A stretch of DNA of 64,000 bases from Planctomycetota bacterium. Its GTDB lineage: Bacteria > Planctomycetota > Phycisphaerae > Phycisphaerales > Phycisphaeraceae. The stretch lies in the NCBI GenBank assembly GCA_039024495.1, contig JBCCQE010000006.1, forward strand, positions 52,244-116,243, read 5' to 3'. Positions 63,973 through 64,000 of this stretch are shown here, in pieces. Each line of letters starts with the position of its first letter. Within the stretch, counting starts at the first letter, position 1. Under the pieces are notes generated by a model. That model was not told the origin of the DNA. It did no database searches and saw nothing but the letters and a program-made list of their open reading frames with translations. The translations under genes and the position numbers were made by a program.

Positions 63973-64000
63973 ATCGATTTACCGGGCGCGGGATGCTCGT

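Overview
High-GC (visibly about 70%) bacterial chromosomal segment. A PEP-CTERM anchor, a LEPR-type N-terminus on an FG-GAP protein, hpnE plus a C30-carotenoid-type cluster, many lipobox proteins and weak or absent SD sites suggest Planctomycetota, possibly Phycisphaerae-like because mreBCD is present; this assignment is inference only. I call about 55 CDS and one tRNA-Val(UAC). Content is mostly housekeeping: recA, mreBCD, lnt, xerC, trpF, thyA-folA, uvrD/pcrA, recN, ruvA, nuoA, an rhaI/DeoR/rhaEW/rhaB rhamnose locus, a SulP transporter, an ABC-2 exporter, an MCP and a GH15 enzyme. Accessory-looking genes include a PEP-CTERM beta-helix protein, a low-GC FG-GAP/Calx-beta protein and a CrtN/ALDH/CrtP/acyltransferase/GT2 carotenoid cluster. 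I see no IS element, prophage, CRISPR array or recognisable defence or toxin genes. The most unusual signal is not a gene cluster. It is a family of five long imperfect palindromes whose arms are tandem ~8-nt purine-rich units mirrored by pyrimidine-rich units. Four fill spacers between same-strand genes (thyA>folA, esterase>uvrD, rhaEW>rhaB, nuoA>ruvA). The fifth, ~150 bp, sits in frame inside lnt and adds ~50 aa to a loop, as Rickettsia palindromic elements do. Secondary leads are a translationally coupled DUF2752 plus two-lipoprotein operon, an unannotated 45-aa membrane ORF plus coiled-coil protein upstream of mreBCD, and a beta-propeller lipoprotein paired with a TolB-N/LpoB-like lipoprotein. 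Product calls come from motif recognition by eye, not searches, and start codons are often uncertain.
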